NCBI GenBank assembly: GCA_030390025.1
Contig: CM059431.1
Location: 144,772,001-144,836,000, forward strand
Origin: Squalus acanthias
Taxonomy: Eukaryota
Direction: 5' to 3'
DNA: 64,000 nt
A program made the translations under genes and the position numbers. Below are positions 38,663-52,511 of the stretch, piece after piece. The notes under the pieces are model-generated. The model worked only from the letters and a program-made list of their open reading frames with translations, made no database searches and was not told where the DNA came from. The stretch's first letter is position 1. Every line of letters starts with the position of its first letter.

Positions 38663-41600
38663 ACAGTGTGTGTCTCTCCCAGTGAGGAGTCAGACTCTGT
38701 AACAAGTGTCCCTGTGTACAGTGTGTGTCTCTCCCAGTGAGGAGTCAGACTCTGTAACAAGTGTCCCTGTGTACAGTGTGTGTCTCTCCCAGTGAGGAGT
38801 CAGACTCTGTAACAAGTGTCCCTGTGTACAGTGTGTGTCTCTCCCAGTGAGGAGTCAGACTCTGTAACAAGTGTCCCTGTGTACAGTGTGTGTCTCTCCA
38901 GTGAGGAGTCAGACTCTGTAACAAGTGTCCCTGTGTACAGTGTGTGTCTCTCCCAGTGAGGAGTCAGACTCTGTAACAAGTGTCCCTGTGTACAGTGTGT
39001 GTCTCTCCCAGTGAGGAGTCAGACTCTGTAACAAGTGTCCCTGTGTACAGTGTGTGTCTCTCCCAGTGAGGAGTCAGACTCTGTAACAAGTGTCCCTGTG
39101 TACAGTGTGTGTCTCTCCCAGTGAGGAGTCAGACTCTGTAACAAGTGTCCCTGTGTACAGTGTGTGTCTCTCCCAGTGAGGAGTCAGACTCTGTAACAAG
39201 TGTCCCTGTGTACAGTGTGTGTCTCTCCCAGTGAGGAGTCAGACTCTGTAACAAGTGTCCCTGTGTACAGTGTGTGTCTCTCCCAGTGAGGAGTCAGACT
39301 CTGTAACAAGTGTCCCTGTGTACAGTGTGTGTCTCTCCCAGTGAGGAGTCAGACTCTGTAACAAGTGTCCCTGTGTACAGTGTGTGTCTCTCCCAGTGAG
39401 GAGTCAGACTCTGTAACAAGTGTCCCTGTGTACAGTGTGTGTCTCTCCCAGTGAGGAGTCAGACTCTGTAACAAGTGTCCCTGTGTACAGTGTGTGTCTC
39501 TCCCAGTGAGGAGTCAGACTCTGTAACAAGTGTCCCTGTGTACAGTGTGTGTCTCTCCCAGTGAGGAGTCAGACTCTGTAACAAGTGTCCCTGTGTACAG
39601 TGTGTGTCTCTCCCAGTGAGGAGTCAGACTCTGTAACAAGTGTCCCTGTGTACAGTGTGTGTCTCTCCCAGTGAGGAGTCAGACTCTGTAACAAGTGTCC
39701 CTGTGTACAGTGTGTGTCTCTCCCAGTGAGGAGTCAGACTCTGTAACAAGTGTCCCTGTGTACAGTGTGTGTCTCTCCCAGTGAGGAGTCAGACTCTGTA
39801 ACAAGTGTCCCTGTGTACAGTGTGTGTCTCTCCCAGTGAGGAGTCAGACTCTGTAACAAGTGTCCCTGTGTACAGTGTGTGTCTCTCCCAGTGAGGAGTC
39901 AGACTCTGTAACAAGTGTCCCTGTGTACAGTGTGTGTCTCTCCCAGTGAGGAGTCAGACTCTGTAACAAGTGTCCCTGTGTACAGTGTGTGTCTCTCCCA
40001 GTGAGGAGTCAGACTCTGTAACAAGTGTCCCTGTGTACAGTGTGTGTCTCTCCCAGTGAGGAGTCAGACTCTGTAACAAGTGTCCCTGTGTACAGTGTGT
40101 GTCTCTCCCAGTGAGGAGTCAGACTCTGTAACAAGTGTCCCTGTGTACAGTGTGTGTCTCTCCCAGTGAGGAGTCAGACTCTGTAACAAGTGTCCCTGTG
40201 TACAGTGTGTGTCTCTCCCAGTGAGGAGTCAGACTCTGTAACAAGTGTCCCTGTGTACAGTGTGTGTCTCTCCCAGTGAGGAGTCAGACTCTGTAACAAG
40301 TGTCCCTGTGTACAGTGTGTGTCTCTCCCAGTGAGGAGTCAGACTCTGTAACAAGTGTCCCTGTGTACAGTGTGTGTCTCTCCCAGTGAGGAGTCAGACT
40401 CTGTAACAAGTGTCCCTGTGTACAGTGTGTGTCTCTCCCAGTGAGGAGTCAGACTCTGTAACAAGTGTCCCTGTGTACAGTGTGTGTCTCTCCCAGTGAG
40501 GAGTCAGACTCTGTAACAAGTGTCCCTGTGTACAGTGTGTGTCTCTCCCAGTGAGGAGTCAGACTCTGTAACAAGTGTCCCTGTGTACAGTGTGTGTCTC
40601 TCCCAGTGAGGAGTCAGACTCTGTAACAAGTGTCCCTGTGTACAGTGTGTGTCTCTCCCAGTGAGGAGTCAGACTCTGTAACAAGTGTCCCTGTGTACAG
40701 TGTGTGTCTCTCCCAGTGAGGAGTCAGACTCTGTAACAAGTGTCCCTGTGTACAGTGTGTGTCTCTCCCAGTGAGGAGTCAGACTCTGTAACAAGTGTCC
40801 CTGTGTACAGTGTGTGTCTCTCCCAGTGAGGAGTCAGACTCTGTAACAAGTGTCCCTGTGTACAGTGTGTGTCTCTCCCAGTGAGGAGTCAGACTCTGTA
40901 ACAAGTGTCCCTGTGTACAGTGTGTGTCTCTCCCAGTGAGGAGTCAGACTCTGTAACAAGTGTCCCTGTGTACAGTGTGTGTCTCTCCCAGTGAGGAGTC
41001 AGACTCTGTAACAAGTGTCCCTGTGTACAGTGTGTGTCTCTCCCAGTGAGGAGTCAGACTCTGTAACAAGTGTCCCTGTGTACAGTGTGTGTCTCTCCCA
41101 GTGAGGAGTCAGACTCTGTAACAAGTGTCCCTGTGTACAGTGTGTGTCTCTCCCAGTGAGGAGTCAGACTCTGTAACAAGTGTCCCTGTGTACAGTGTGT
41201 GTCTCTCCCAGTGAGGAGTCAGACTCTGTAACAAGTGTCCCTGTGTACAGTGTGTGTCTCTCCCAGTGAGGAGTCAGACTCTGTAACAAGTGTCCCTGTG
41301 TACAGTGTGTGTCTCTCCCAGTGAGGAGTCAGACTCTGTAACAAGTGTCCCTGTGTACAGTGTGTGTCTCTCCCAGTGAGGAGTCAGACTCTGTAACAAG
41401 TGTCCCTGTGTACAGTGTGTGTCTCTCCCAGTGAGGAGTCAGACTCTGTAACAAGTGTCCCTGTGTACAGTGTGTGTCTCTCCCAGTGAGGAGTCAGACT
41501 CTGTAACAAGTGTCCCTGTGTACAGTGTGTGTCTCTCCCAGTGAGGAGTCAGACTCTGTAACAAGTGTCCCTGTGTACAGTGTGTGTCTCTCCCAGTGAG

Positions 41601-44600
41601 GAGTCAGACTCTGTAACAAGTGTCCCTGTGTACAGTGTGTGTCTCTCCCAGTGAGGAGTCAGACTCTGTAACAAGTGTCCCTGTGTACAGTGTGTGTCTC
41701 TCCCAGTGAGGAGTCAGACTCTGTAACAAGTGTCCCTGTGTACAGTGTGTGTCTCTCCCAGTGAGGAGTCAGACTCTGTAACAAGTGTCCCTGTGTACAG
41801 TGTGTGTCTCTCCCAGTGAGGAGTCAGACTCTGTAACAAGTGTCCCTGTGTACAGTGTGTGTCTCTCCCAGTGAGGAGTCAGACTCTGTAACAAGTGTCC
41901 CTGTGTACAGTGTGTGTCTCTCCCAGTGAGGAGTCAGACTCTGTAACAAGTGTCCCTGTGTACAGTGTGTGTCTCTCCCAGTGAGGAGTCAGACTCTGTA
42001 ACAAGTGTCCCTGTGTACAGTGTGTGTCTCTCCCAGTGAGGAGTCAGACTCTGTAACAAGTGTCCCTGTGTACAGTGTGTGTCTCTCCCAGTGAGGAGTC
42101 AGACTCTGTAACAAGTGTCCCTGTGTACAGTGTGTGTCTCTCCCAGTGAGGAGTCAGACTCTGTAACAAGTGTCCCTGTGTACAGTGTGTGTCTCTCCCA
42201 GTGAGGAGTCAGACTCTGTAACAAGTGTCCCTGTGTACAGTGTGTGTCTCTCCCAGTGAGGAGTCAGACTCTGTAACAAGTGTCCCTGTGTACAGTGTGT
42301 GTCTCTCCCAGTGAGGAGTCAGACTCTGTAACAAGTGTCCCTGTGTACAGTGTGTGTCTCTCCCAGTGAGGAGTCAGACTCTGTAACAAGTGTCCCTGTG
42401 TACAGTGTGTGTCTCTCCCAGTGAGGAGTCAGACTCTGTAACAAGTGTCCCTGTGTACAGTGTGTGTCTCTCCCAGTGAGGAGTCAGACTCTGTAACAAG
42501 TGTCCCTGTGTACAGTGTGTGTCTCTCCCAGTGAGGAGTCAGACTCTGTAACAAGTGTCCCTGTGTACAGTGTGTGTCTCTCCCAGTGAGGAGTCAGACT
42601 CTGTAACAAGTGTCCCTGTGTACAGTGTGTGTCTCTCCCAGTGAGGAGTCAGACTCTGTAACAAGTGTCCCTGTGTACAGTGTGTGTCTCTCCCAGTGAG
42701 GAGTCAGACTCTGTAACAAGTGTCCCTGTGTACAGTGTGTGTCTCTCCCAGTGAGGAGTCAGACTCTGTAACAAGTGTCCCTGTGTACAGTGTGTGTCTC
42801 TCCCAGTGAGGAGTCAGACTCTGTAACAAGTGTCCCTGTGTACAGTGTGTGTCTCTCCCAGTGAGGAGTCAGACTCTGTAACAAGTGTCCCTGTGTACAG
42901 TGTGTGTCTCTCCCAGTGAGGAGTCAGACTCTGTAACAAGTGTCCCTGTGTACAGTGTGTGTCTCTCCCAGTGAGGAGTCAGACTCTGTAACAAGTGTCC
43001 CTGTGTACAGTGTGTGTCTCTCCCAGTGAGGAGTCAGACTCTGTAACAAGTGTCCCTGTGTACAGTGTGTGTCTCTCCCAGTGAGGAGTCAGACTCTGTA
43101 ACAAGTGTCCCTGTGTACAGTGTGTGTCTCTCCCAGTGAGGAGTCAGACTCTGTAACAAGTGTCCCTGTGTACAGTGTGTGTCTCTCCCAGTGAGGAGTC
43201 AGACTCTGTAACAAGTGTCCCTGTGTACAGTGTGTGTCTCTCCCAGTGAGGAGTCAGACTCTGTAACAAGTGTCCCTGTGTACAGTGTGTGTCTCTCCCA
43301 GTGAGGAGTCAGACTCTGTAACAAGTGTCCCTGTGTACAGTGTGTGTCTCTCCCAGTGAGGAGTCAGACTCTGTAACAAGTGTCCCTGTGTACAGTGTGT
43401 GTCTCTCCCAGTGAGGAGTCAGACTCTGTAACAAGTGTCCCTGTGTACAGTGTGTGTCTCTCCCAGTGAGGAGTCAGACTCTGTAACAAGTGTCCCTGTG
43501 TACAGTGTGTGTCTCTCCCAGTGAGGAGTCAGACTCTGTAACAAGTGTCCCTGTGTACAGTGTGTGTCTCTCCCAGTGAGGAGTCAGACTCTGTAACAAG
43601 TGTCCCTGTGTACAGTGTGTGTCTCTCCCAGTGAGGAGTCAGACTCTGTAACAAGTGTCCCTGTGTACAGTGTGTGTCTCTCCCAGTGAGGAGTCAGACT
43701 CTGTAACAAGTGTCCCTGTGTACAGTGTGTGTCTCTCCCAGTGAGGAGTCAGACTCTGTAACAAGTGTCCCTGTGTACAGTGTGTGTCTCTCCCAGTGAG
43801 GAGTCAGACTCTGTAACAAGTGTCCCTGTGTACAGTGTGTGTCTCTCCCAGTGAGGAGTCAGACTCTGTAACAAGTGTCCCTGTGTACAGTGTGTGTCTC
43901 TCCCAGTGAGGAGTCAGACTCTGTAACAAGTGTCCCTGTGTACAGTGTGTGTCTCTCCCAGTGAGGAGTCAGACTCTGTAACAAGTGTCCCTGTGTACAG
44001 TGTGTGTCTCTCCCAGTGAGGAGTCAGACTCTGTAACAAGTGTCCCTGTGTACAGTGTGTGTCTCTCCCAGTGAGGAGTCAGACTCTGTAACAAGTGTCC
44101 CTGTGTACAGTGTGTGTCTCTCCCAGTGAGGAGTCAGACTCTGTAACAAGTGTCCCTGTGTACAGTGTGTGTCTCTCCCAGTGAGGAGTCAGACTCTGTA
44201 ACAAGTGTCCCTGTGTACAGTGTGTGTCTCTCCCAGTGAGGAGTCAGACTCTGTAACAAGTGTCCCTGTGTACAGTGTGTGTCTCTCCCAGTGAGGAGTC
44301 AGACTCTGTAACAAGTGTCCCTGTGTACAGTGTGTGTCTCTCCCAGTGAGGAGTCAGACTCTGTAACAAGTGTCCCTGTGTACAGTGTGTGTCTCTCCCA
44401 GTGAGGAGTCAGACTCTGTAACAAGTGTCCCTGTGTACAGTGTGTGTCTCTCCCAGTGAGGAGTCAGACTCTGTAACAAGTGTCCCTGTGTACAGTGTGT
44501 GTCTCTCCCAGTGAGGAGTCAGACTCTGTAACAAGTGTCCCTGTGTACAGTGTGTGTCTCTCCCAGTGAGGAGTCAGACTCTGTAACAAGTGTCCCTGTG

Positions 44601-47600
44601 TACAGTGTGTGTCTCTCCCAGTGAGGAGTCAGACTCTGTAACAAGTGTCCCTGTGTACAGTGTGTGTCTCTCCAGTGAGGAGTCAGACTCTGTAACAAGT
44701 GTCCCTGTGTACAGTGTGTGTCTCTCCCAGTGAGGAGTCAGACTCTGTAACAAGTGTCCCTGTGTACAGTGTGTGTCTCTCCCAGTGAGGAGTCAGACTC
44801 TGTAACAAGTGTCCCTGTGTACAGTGTGTGTCTCTCCCAGTGAGGAGTCAGACTCTGTAACAAGTGTCCCTGTGTACAGTGTGTGTCTCTCCCAGTGAGG
44901 AGTCAGACTCTGTAACAAGTGTCCCTGTGTACAGTGTGTGTCTCTCCCAGTGAGGAGTCAGACTCTGTAACAAGTGTCCCTGTGTACAGTGTGTGTCTCT
45001 CCCAGTGAGGAGTCAGACTCTGTAACAAGTGTCCCTGTGTACAGTGTGTGTCTCTCCCAGTGAGGAGTCAGACTCTGTAACAAGTGTCCCTGTGTACAGT
45101 GTGTGTCTCTCCCAGTGAGGAGTCAGACTCTGTAACAAGTGTCCCTGTGTACAGTGTGTGTCTCTCCCAGTGAGGAGTCAGACTCTGTAACAAGTGTCCC
45201 TGTGTACAGTGTGTGTCTCTCCCAGTGAGGAGTCAGACTCTGTAACAAGTGTCCCTGTGTACAGTGTGTGTCTCTCCCAGTGAGGAGTCAGACTCTGTAA
45301 CAAGTGTCCCTGTGTACAGTGTGTGTCTCTCCCAGTGAGGAGTCAGACTCTGTAACAAGTGTCCCTGTGTACAGTGTGTGTCTCTCCCAGTGAGGAGTCA
45401 GACTCTGTAACAAGTGTCCCTGTGTACAGTGTGTGTCTCTCCCAGTGAGGAGTCAGACTCTGTAACAAGTGTCCCTGTGTACAGTGTGTGTCTCTCCCAG
45501 TGAGGAGTCAGACTCTGTAACAAGTGTCCCTGTGTACAGTGTGTGTCTCTCCCAGTGAGGAGTCAGACTCTGTAACAAGTGTCCCTGTGTACAGTGTGTG
45601 TCTCTCCCAGTGAGGAGTCAGACTCTGTAACAAGTGTCCCTGTGTACAGTGTGTGTCTCTCCCAGTGAGGAGTCAGACTCTGTAACAAGTGTCCCTGTGT
45701 ACAGTGTGTGTCTCTCCCAGTGAGGAGTCAGACTCTGTAACAAGTGTCCCTGTGTACAGTGTGTGTCTCTCCCAGTGAGGAGTCAGACTCTGTAACAAGT
45801 GTCCCTGTGTACAGTGTGTGTCTCTCCCAGTGAGGAGTCAGACTCTGTAACAAGTGTCCCTGTGTACAGTGTGTGTCTCTCCCAGTGAGGAGTCAGACTC
45901 TGTAACAAGTGTCCCTGTGTACAGTGTGTGTCTCTCCCAGTGAGGAGTCAGACTCTGTAACAAGTGTCCCTGTGTACAGTGTGTGTCTCTCCCAGTGAGG
46001 AGTCAGACTCTGTAACAAGTGTCCCTGTGTACAGTGTGTGTCTCTCCCAGTGAGGAGTCAGACTCTGTAACAAGTGTCCCTGTGTACAGTGTGTGTCTCT
46101 CCCAGTGAGGAGTCAGACTCTGTAACAAGTGTCCCTGTGTACAGTGTGTGTCTCTCCCAGTGAGGAGTCAGACTCTGTAACAAGTGTCCCTGTGTACAGT
46201 GTGTGTCTCTCCCAGTGAGGAGTCAGACTCTGTAACAAGTGTCCCTGTGTACAGTGTGTGTCTCTCCCAGTGAGGAGTCAGACTCTGTAACAAGTGTCCC
46301 TGTGTACAGTGTGTGTCTCTCCCAGTGAGGAGTCAGACTCTGTAACAAGTGTCCCTGTGTACAGTGTGTGTCTCTCCCAGTGAGGAGTCAGACTCTGTAA
46401 CAAGTGTCCCTGTGTACAGTGTGTGTCTCTCCCAGTGAGGAGTCAGACTCTGTAACAAGTGTCCCTGTGTACAGTGTGTGTCTCTCCCAGTGAGGAGTCA
46501 GACTCTGTAACAAGTGTCCCTGTGTACAGTGTGTGTCTCTCCCAGTGAGGAGTCAGACTCTGTAACAAGTGTCCCTGTGTACAGTGTGTGTCTCTCCCAG
46601 TGAGGAGTCAGACTCTGTAACAAGTGTCCCTGTGTACAGTGTGTGTCTCTCCCAGTGAGGAGTCAGACTCTGTAACAAGTGTCCCTGTGTACAGTGTGTG
46701 TCTCTCCCAGTGAGGAGTCAGACTCTGTAACAAGTGTCCCTGTGTACAGTGTGTGTCTCTCCCAGTGAGGAGTCAGACTCTGTAACAAGTGTCCCTGTGT
46801 ACAGTGTGTGTCTCTCCCAGTGAGGAGTCAGACTCTGTAACAAGTGTCCCTGTGTACAGTGTGTGTCTCTCCCAGTGAGGAGTCAGACTCTGTAACAAGT
46901 GTCCCTGTGTACAGTGTGTGTCTCTCCCAGTGAGGAGTCAGACTCTGTAACAAGTGTCCCTGTGTACAGTGTGTGTCTCTCCCAGTGAGGAGTCAGACTC
47001 TGTAACAAGTGTCCCTGTGTACAGTGTGTGTCTCTCCCAGTGAGGAGTCAGACTCTGTAACAAGTGTCCCTGTGTACAGTGTGTGTCTCTCCCAGTGAGG
47101 AGTCAGACTCTGTAACAAGTGTCCCTGTGTACAGTGTGTGTCTCTCCCAGTGAGGAGTCAGACTCTGTAACAAGTGTCCCTGTGTACAGTGTGTGTCTCT
47201 CCCAGTGAGGAGTCAGACTCTGTAACAAGTGTCCCTGTGTACAGTGTGTGTCTCTCCCAGTGAGGAGTCAGACTCTGTAACAAGTGTCCCTGTGTACAGT
47301 GTGTGTCTCTCCAGTGAGGAGTCAGACTCTGTAACAAGTGTCCCTGTGTACAGTGTGTGTCTCTCCCAGTGAGGAGTCAGACTCTGTAACAAGTGTCCCT
47401 GTGTACAGTGTGTGTCTCTCCCAGTGAGGAGTCAGACTCTGTAACAAGTGTCCCTGTGTACAGTGTGTGTCTCTCCCAGTGAGGAGTCAGACTCTGTAAC
47501 AAGTGTCCCTGTGTACAGTGTGTGTCTCTCCCAGTGAGGAGTCAGACTCTGTAACAAGTGTCCCTGTGTACAGTGTGTGTCTCTCCCAGTGAGGAGTCAG

Positions 47601-50600
47601 ACTCTGTAACAAGTGTCCCTGTGTACAGTGTGTGTCTCTCCCAGTGAGGAGTCAGACTCTGTAACAAGTGTCCCTGTGTACAGTGTGTGTCTCTCCCAGT
47701 GAGGAGTCAGACTCTGTAACAAGTGTCCCTGTGTACAGTGTGTGTCTCTCCCAGTGAGGAGTCAGACTCTGTAACAAGTGTCCCTGTGTACAGTGTGTGT
47801 CTCTCCCAGTGAGGAGTCAGACTCTGTAACAAGTGTCCCTGTGTACAGTGTGTGTCTCTCCCAGTGAGGAGTCAGACTCTGTAACAAGTGTCCCTGTGTA
47901 CAGTGTGTGTCTCTCCCAGTGAGGAGTCAGACTCTGTAACAAGTGTCCCTGTGTACAGTGTGTGTCTCTCCCAGTGAGGAGTCAGACTCTGTAACAAGTG
48001 TCCCTGTGTACAGTGTGTGTCTCTCCAGTGAGGAGTCAGACTCTGTAACAAGTGTCCCTGTGTACAGTGTGTGTCTCTCCCAGTGAGGAGTCAGACTCTG
48101 TAACAAGTGTCCCTGTGTACAGTGTGTGTCTCTCCCAGTGAGGAGTCAGACTCTGTAACAAGTGTCCCTGTGTACAGTGTGTGTCTCTCCCAGTGAGGAG
48201 TCAGACTCTGTAACAAGTGTCCCTGTGTACAGTGTGTGTCTCTCCCAGTGAGGAGTCAGACTCTGTAACAAGTGTCCCTGTGTACAGTGTGTGTCTCTCC
48301 CAGTGAGGAGTCAGACTCTGTAACAAGTGTCCCTGTGTACAGTGTGTGTCTCTCCCAGTGAGGAGTCAGACTCTGTAACAAGTGTCCCTGTGTACAGTGT
48401 GTGTCTCTCCCAGTGAGGAGTCAGACTCTGTAACAAGTGTCCCTGTGTACAGTGTGTGTCTCTCCCAGTGAGGAGTCAGACTCTGTAACAAGTGTCCCTG
48501 TGTACAGTGTGTGTCTCTCCCAGTGAGGAGTCAGACTCTGTAACAAGTGTCCCTGTGTACAGTGTGTGTCTCTCCCAGTGAGGAGTCAGACTCTGTAACA
48601 AGTGTCCCTGTGTACAGTGTGTGTCTCTCCCAGTGAGGAGTCAGACTCTGTAACAAGTGTCCCTGTGTACAGTGTGTGTCTCTCCCAGTGAGGAGTCAGA
48701 CTCTGTAACAAGTGTCCCTGTGTACAGTGTGTGTCTCTCCCAGTGAGGAGTCAGACTCTGTAACAAGTGTCCCTGTGTACAGTGTGTGTCTCTCCCAGTG
48801 AGGAGTCAGACTCTGTAACAAGTGTCCCTGTGTACAGTGTGTGTCTCTCCCAGTGAGGAGTCAGACTCTGTAACAAGTGTCCCTGTGTACAGTGTGTGTC
48901 TCTCCCAGTGAGGAGTCAGACTCTGTAACAAGTGTCCCTGTGTACAGTGTGTGTCTCTCCCAGTGAGGAGTCAGACTCTGTAACAAGTGTCCCTGTGTAC
49001 AGTGTGTGTCTCTCCAGTGAGGAGTCAGACTCTGTAACAAGTGTCCCTGTGTACAGTGTGTGTCTCTCCCAGTGAGGAGTCAGACTCTGTAACAAGTGTC
49101 CCTGTGTACAGTGTGTGTCTCTCCCAGTGAGGAGTCAGACTCTGTAACAAGTGTCCCTGTGTACAGTGTGTGTCTCTCCCAGTGAGGAGTCAGACTCTGT
49201 AACAAGTGTCCCTGTGTACAGTGTGTGTCTCTCCCAGTGAGGAGTCAGACTCTGTAACAAGTGTCCCTGTGTACAGTGTGTGTCTCTCCCAGTGAGGAGT
49301 CAGACTCTGTAACAAGTGTCCCTGTGTACAGTGTGTGTCTCTCCCAGTGAGGAGTCAGACTCTGTAACAAGTGTCCCTGTGTACAGTGTGTGTCTCTCCC
49401 AGTGAGGAGTCAGACTCTGTAACAAGTGTCCCTGTGTACAGTGTGTGTCTCTCCCAGTGAGGAGTCAGACTCTGTAACAAGTGTCCCTGTGTACAGTGTG
49501 TGTCTCTCCCAGTGAGGAGTCAGACTCTGTAACAAGTGTCCCTGTGTACAGTGTGTGTCTCTCCCAGTGAGGAGTCAGACTCTGTAACAAGTGTCCCTGT
49601 GTACAGTGTGTGTCTCTCCCAGTGAGGAGTCAGACTCTGTAACAAGTGTCCCTGTGTACAGTGTGTGTCTCTCCCAGTGAGGAGTCAGACTCTGTAACAA
49701 GTGTCCCTGTGTACAGTGTGTGTCTCTCCCAGTGAGGAGTCAGACTCTGTAACAAGTGTCCCTGTGTACAGTGTGTGTCTCTCCCAGTGAGGAGTCAGAC
49801 TCTGTAACAAGTGTCCCTGTGTACAGTGTGTGTCTCTCCCAGTGAGGAGTCAGACTCTGTAACAAGTGTCCCTGTGTACAGTGTGTGTCTCTCCCAGTGA
49901 GGAGTCAGACTCTGTAACAAGTGTCCCTGTGTACAGTGTGTGTCTCTCCCAGTGAGGAGTCAGACTCTGTAACAAGTGTCCCTGTGTACAGTGTGTGTCT
50001 CTCCCAGTGAGGAGTCAGACTCTGTAACAAGTGTCCCTGTGTACAGTGTGTGTCTCTCCCAGTGAGGAGTCAGACTCTGTAACAAGTGTCCCTGTGTACA
50101 GTGTGTGTCTCTCCCAGTGAGGAGTCAGACTCTGTAACAAGTGTCCCTGTGTACAGTGTGTGTCTCTCCCAGTGAGGAGTCAGACTCTGTAACAAGTGTC
50201 CCTGTGTACAGTGTGTGTCTCTCCCAGTGAGGAGTCAGACTCTGTAACAAGTGTCCCTGTGTACAGTGTGTGTCTCTCCCAGTGAGGAGTCAGACTCTGT
50301 AACAAGTGTCCCTGTGTACAGTGTGTGTCTCTCCAGTGAGGAGTCAGACTCTGTAACAAGTGTCCCTGTGTACAGTGTGTGTCTCTCCCAGTGAGGAGTC
50401 AGACTCTGTAACAAGTGTCCCTGTGTACAGTGTGTGTCTCTCCCAGTGAGGAGTCAGACTCTGTAACAAGTGTCCCTGTGTACAGTGTGTGTCTCTCCAG
50501 TGAGGAGTCAGACTCTGTAACAAGTGTCCCTGTGTACAGTGTGTGTCTCTCCCAGTGAGGAGTCAGACTCTGTAACAAGTGTCCCTGTGTACAGTGTGTG

Positions 50601-52458
50601 TCTCTCCCAGTGAGGAGTCAGACTCTGTAACAAGTGTCCCTGTGTACAGTGTGTGTCTCTCCCAGTGAGGAGTCAGACTCTGTAACAAGTGTCCCTGTGT
50701 ACAGTGTGTGTCTCTCCCAGTGAGGAGTCAGACTCTGTAACAAGTGTCCCTGTGTACAGTGTGTGTCTCTCCCAGTGAGGAGTCAGACTCTGTAACAAGT
50801 GTCCCTGTGTACAGTGTGTGTCTCTCCCAGTGAGGAGTCAGACTCTGTAACAAGTGTCCCTGTGTACAGTGTGTGTCTCTCCCAGTGAGGAGTCAGACTC
50901 TGTAACAAGTGTCCCTGTGTACAGTGTGTGTCTCTCCCAGTGAGGAGTCAGACTCTGTAACAAGTGTCCCTGTGTACAGTGTGTGTCTCTCCCAGTGAGG
51001 AGTCAGACTCTGTAACAAGTGTCCCTGTGTACAGTGTGTGTCTCTCCCAGTGAGGAGTCAGACTCTGTAACAAGTGTCCCTGTGTACAGTGTGTGTCTCT
51101 CCCAGTGAGGAGTCAGACTCTGTAACAAGTGTCCCTGTGTACAGTGTGTGTCTCTCCCAGTGAGGAGTCAGACTCTGTAACAAGTGTCCCTGTGTACAGT
51201 GTGTGTCTCTCCAGTGAGGAGTCAGACTCTGTAACAAGTGTCCCTGTGTACAGTGTGTGTCTCTCCCAGTGAGGAGTCAGACTCTGTAACAAGTGTCCCT
51301 GTGTACAGTGTGTGTCTCTCCCAGTGAGGAGTCAGACTCTGTAACAAGTGTCCCTGTGTACAGTGTGTGTCTCTCCCAGTGAGGAGTCAGACTCTGTAAC
51401 AAGTGTCCCTGTGTACAGTGTGTGTCTCTCCCAGTGAGGAGTCAGACTCTGTAACAAGTGTCCCTGTGTACAGTGTGTGTCTCTCCCAGTGAGGAGTCAG
51501 ACTCTGTAACAAGTGTCCCTGTGTACAGTGTGTGTCTCTCCCAGTGAGGAGTCAGACTCTGTAACAAGTGTCCCTGTGTACAGTGTGTGTCTCTCCCAGT
51601 GAGGAGTCAGACTCTGTAACAAGTGTCCCTGTGTACAGTGTGTGTCTCTCCCAGTGAGGAGTCAGACTCTGTAACAAGTGTCCCTGTGTACAGTGTGTGT
51701 CTCTCCCAGTGAGGAGTCAGACTCTGTAACAAGTGTCCCTGTGTACAGTGTGTGTCTCTCCCAGTGAGGAGTCAGACTCTGTAACAAGTGTCCCTGTGTA
51801 CAGTGTGTGTCTCTCCAGTGAGGAGTCAGACTCTGTAACAAGTGTCCCTGTGTACAGTGTGTGTCTCTCCCAGTGAGGAGTCAGACTCTGTAACAAGTGT
51901 CCCTGTGTACAGTGTGTGTCTCTCCCAGTGAGGAGTCAGACTCTGTAACAAGTGTCCCTGTGTACAGTGTGTGTCTCTCCCAGTGAGGAGTCAGACTCTG
52001 TAACAAGTGTCCCTGTGTACAGTGTGTGTCTCTCCCAGTGAGGAGTCAGACTCTGTAACAAGTGTCCCTGTGTACAGTGTGTGTCTCTCCCAGTGAGGAG
52101 TCAGACTCTGTAACAAGTGTCCCTGTGTACAGTGTGTGTCTCTCCCAGTGAGGAGTCAGACTCTGTAACAAGTGTCCCTGTGTACAGTGTGTGTCTCTCC
52201 CAGTGAGGAGTCAGACTCTGTAACAAGTGTCCCTGTGTACAGTGTGTGTCTCTCCCAGTGAGGAGTCAGACTCTGTAACAAGTGTCCCTGTGTACAGTGT
52301 GTGTCTCTCCCAGTGAGGAGTCAGACTCTGTAACAAGTGTCCCTGTGTACAGTGTGTGTCTCTCCCAGTGAGGAGTCAGACTCTGTAACAAGTGTCCCTG
52401 TGTACAGTGTGTGTCTCTCCCAGTGAGGAGTCAGACTCTGTAACAAGTGTCCCTGTGT

Positions 52459-52511
52459 ACAGTGTGTGTCTCCCAGTGAGGAGTCAGACTCTGTAACAAG
52501 TGTCCCTGTGT
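52459..52511. repeat. Variant monomer no. 955 (53 bp; one TC dinucleotide lost)
   Basis: 52461-52480 reads agtgtgtgtc tcccagtgag, with a 2-bp phase shift. It lies inside listed ORF 52321..52554. Confidence 0.95.

Noticed and set aside
38472..38705. 77-aa minus-strand ORF (MLQSLTPHWERH...)
   Set aside because: The minus strand has one TGA per monomer and 55 mod 3 = 1, so each frame normally stops every 165 bp. The 2-bp deletion in monomer 703 merely skips a stop. The 'M' is a TTG codon (the array has no ATG), and the peptide is just the repeat read through successive frames.
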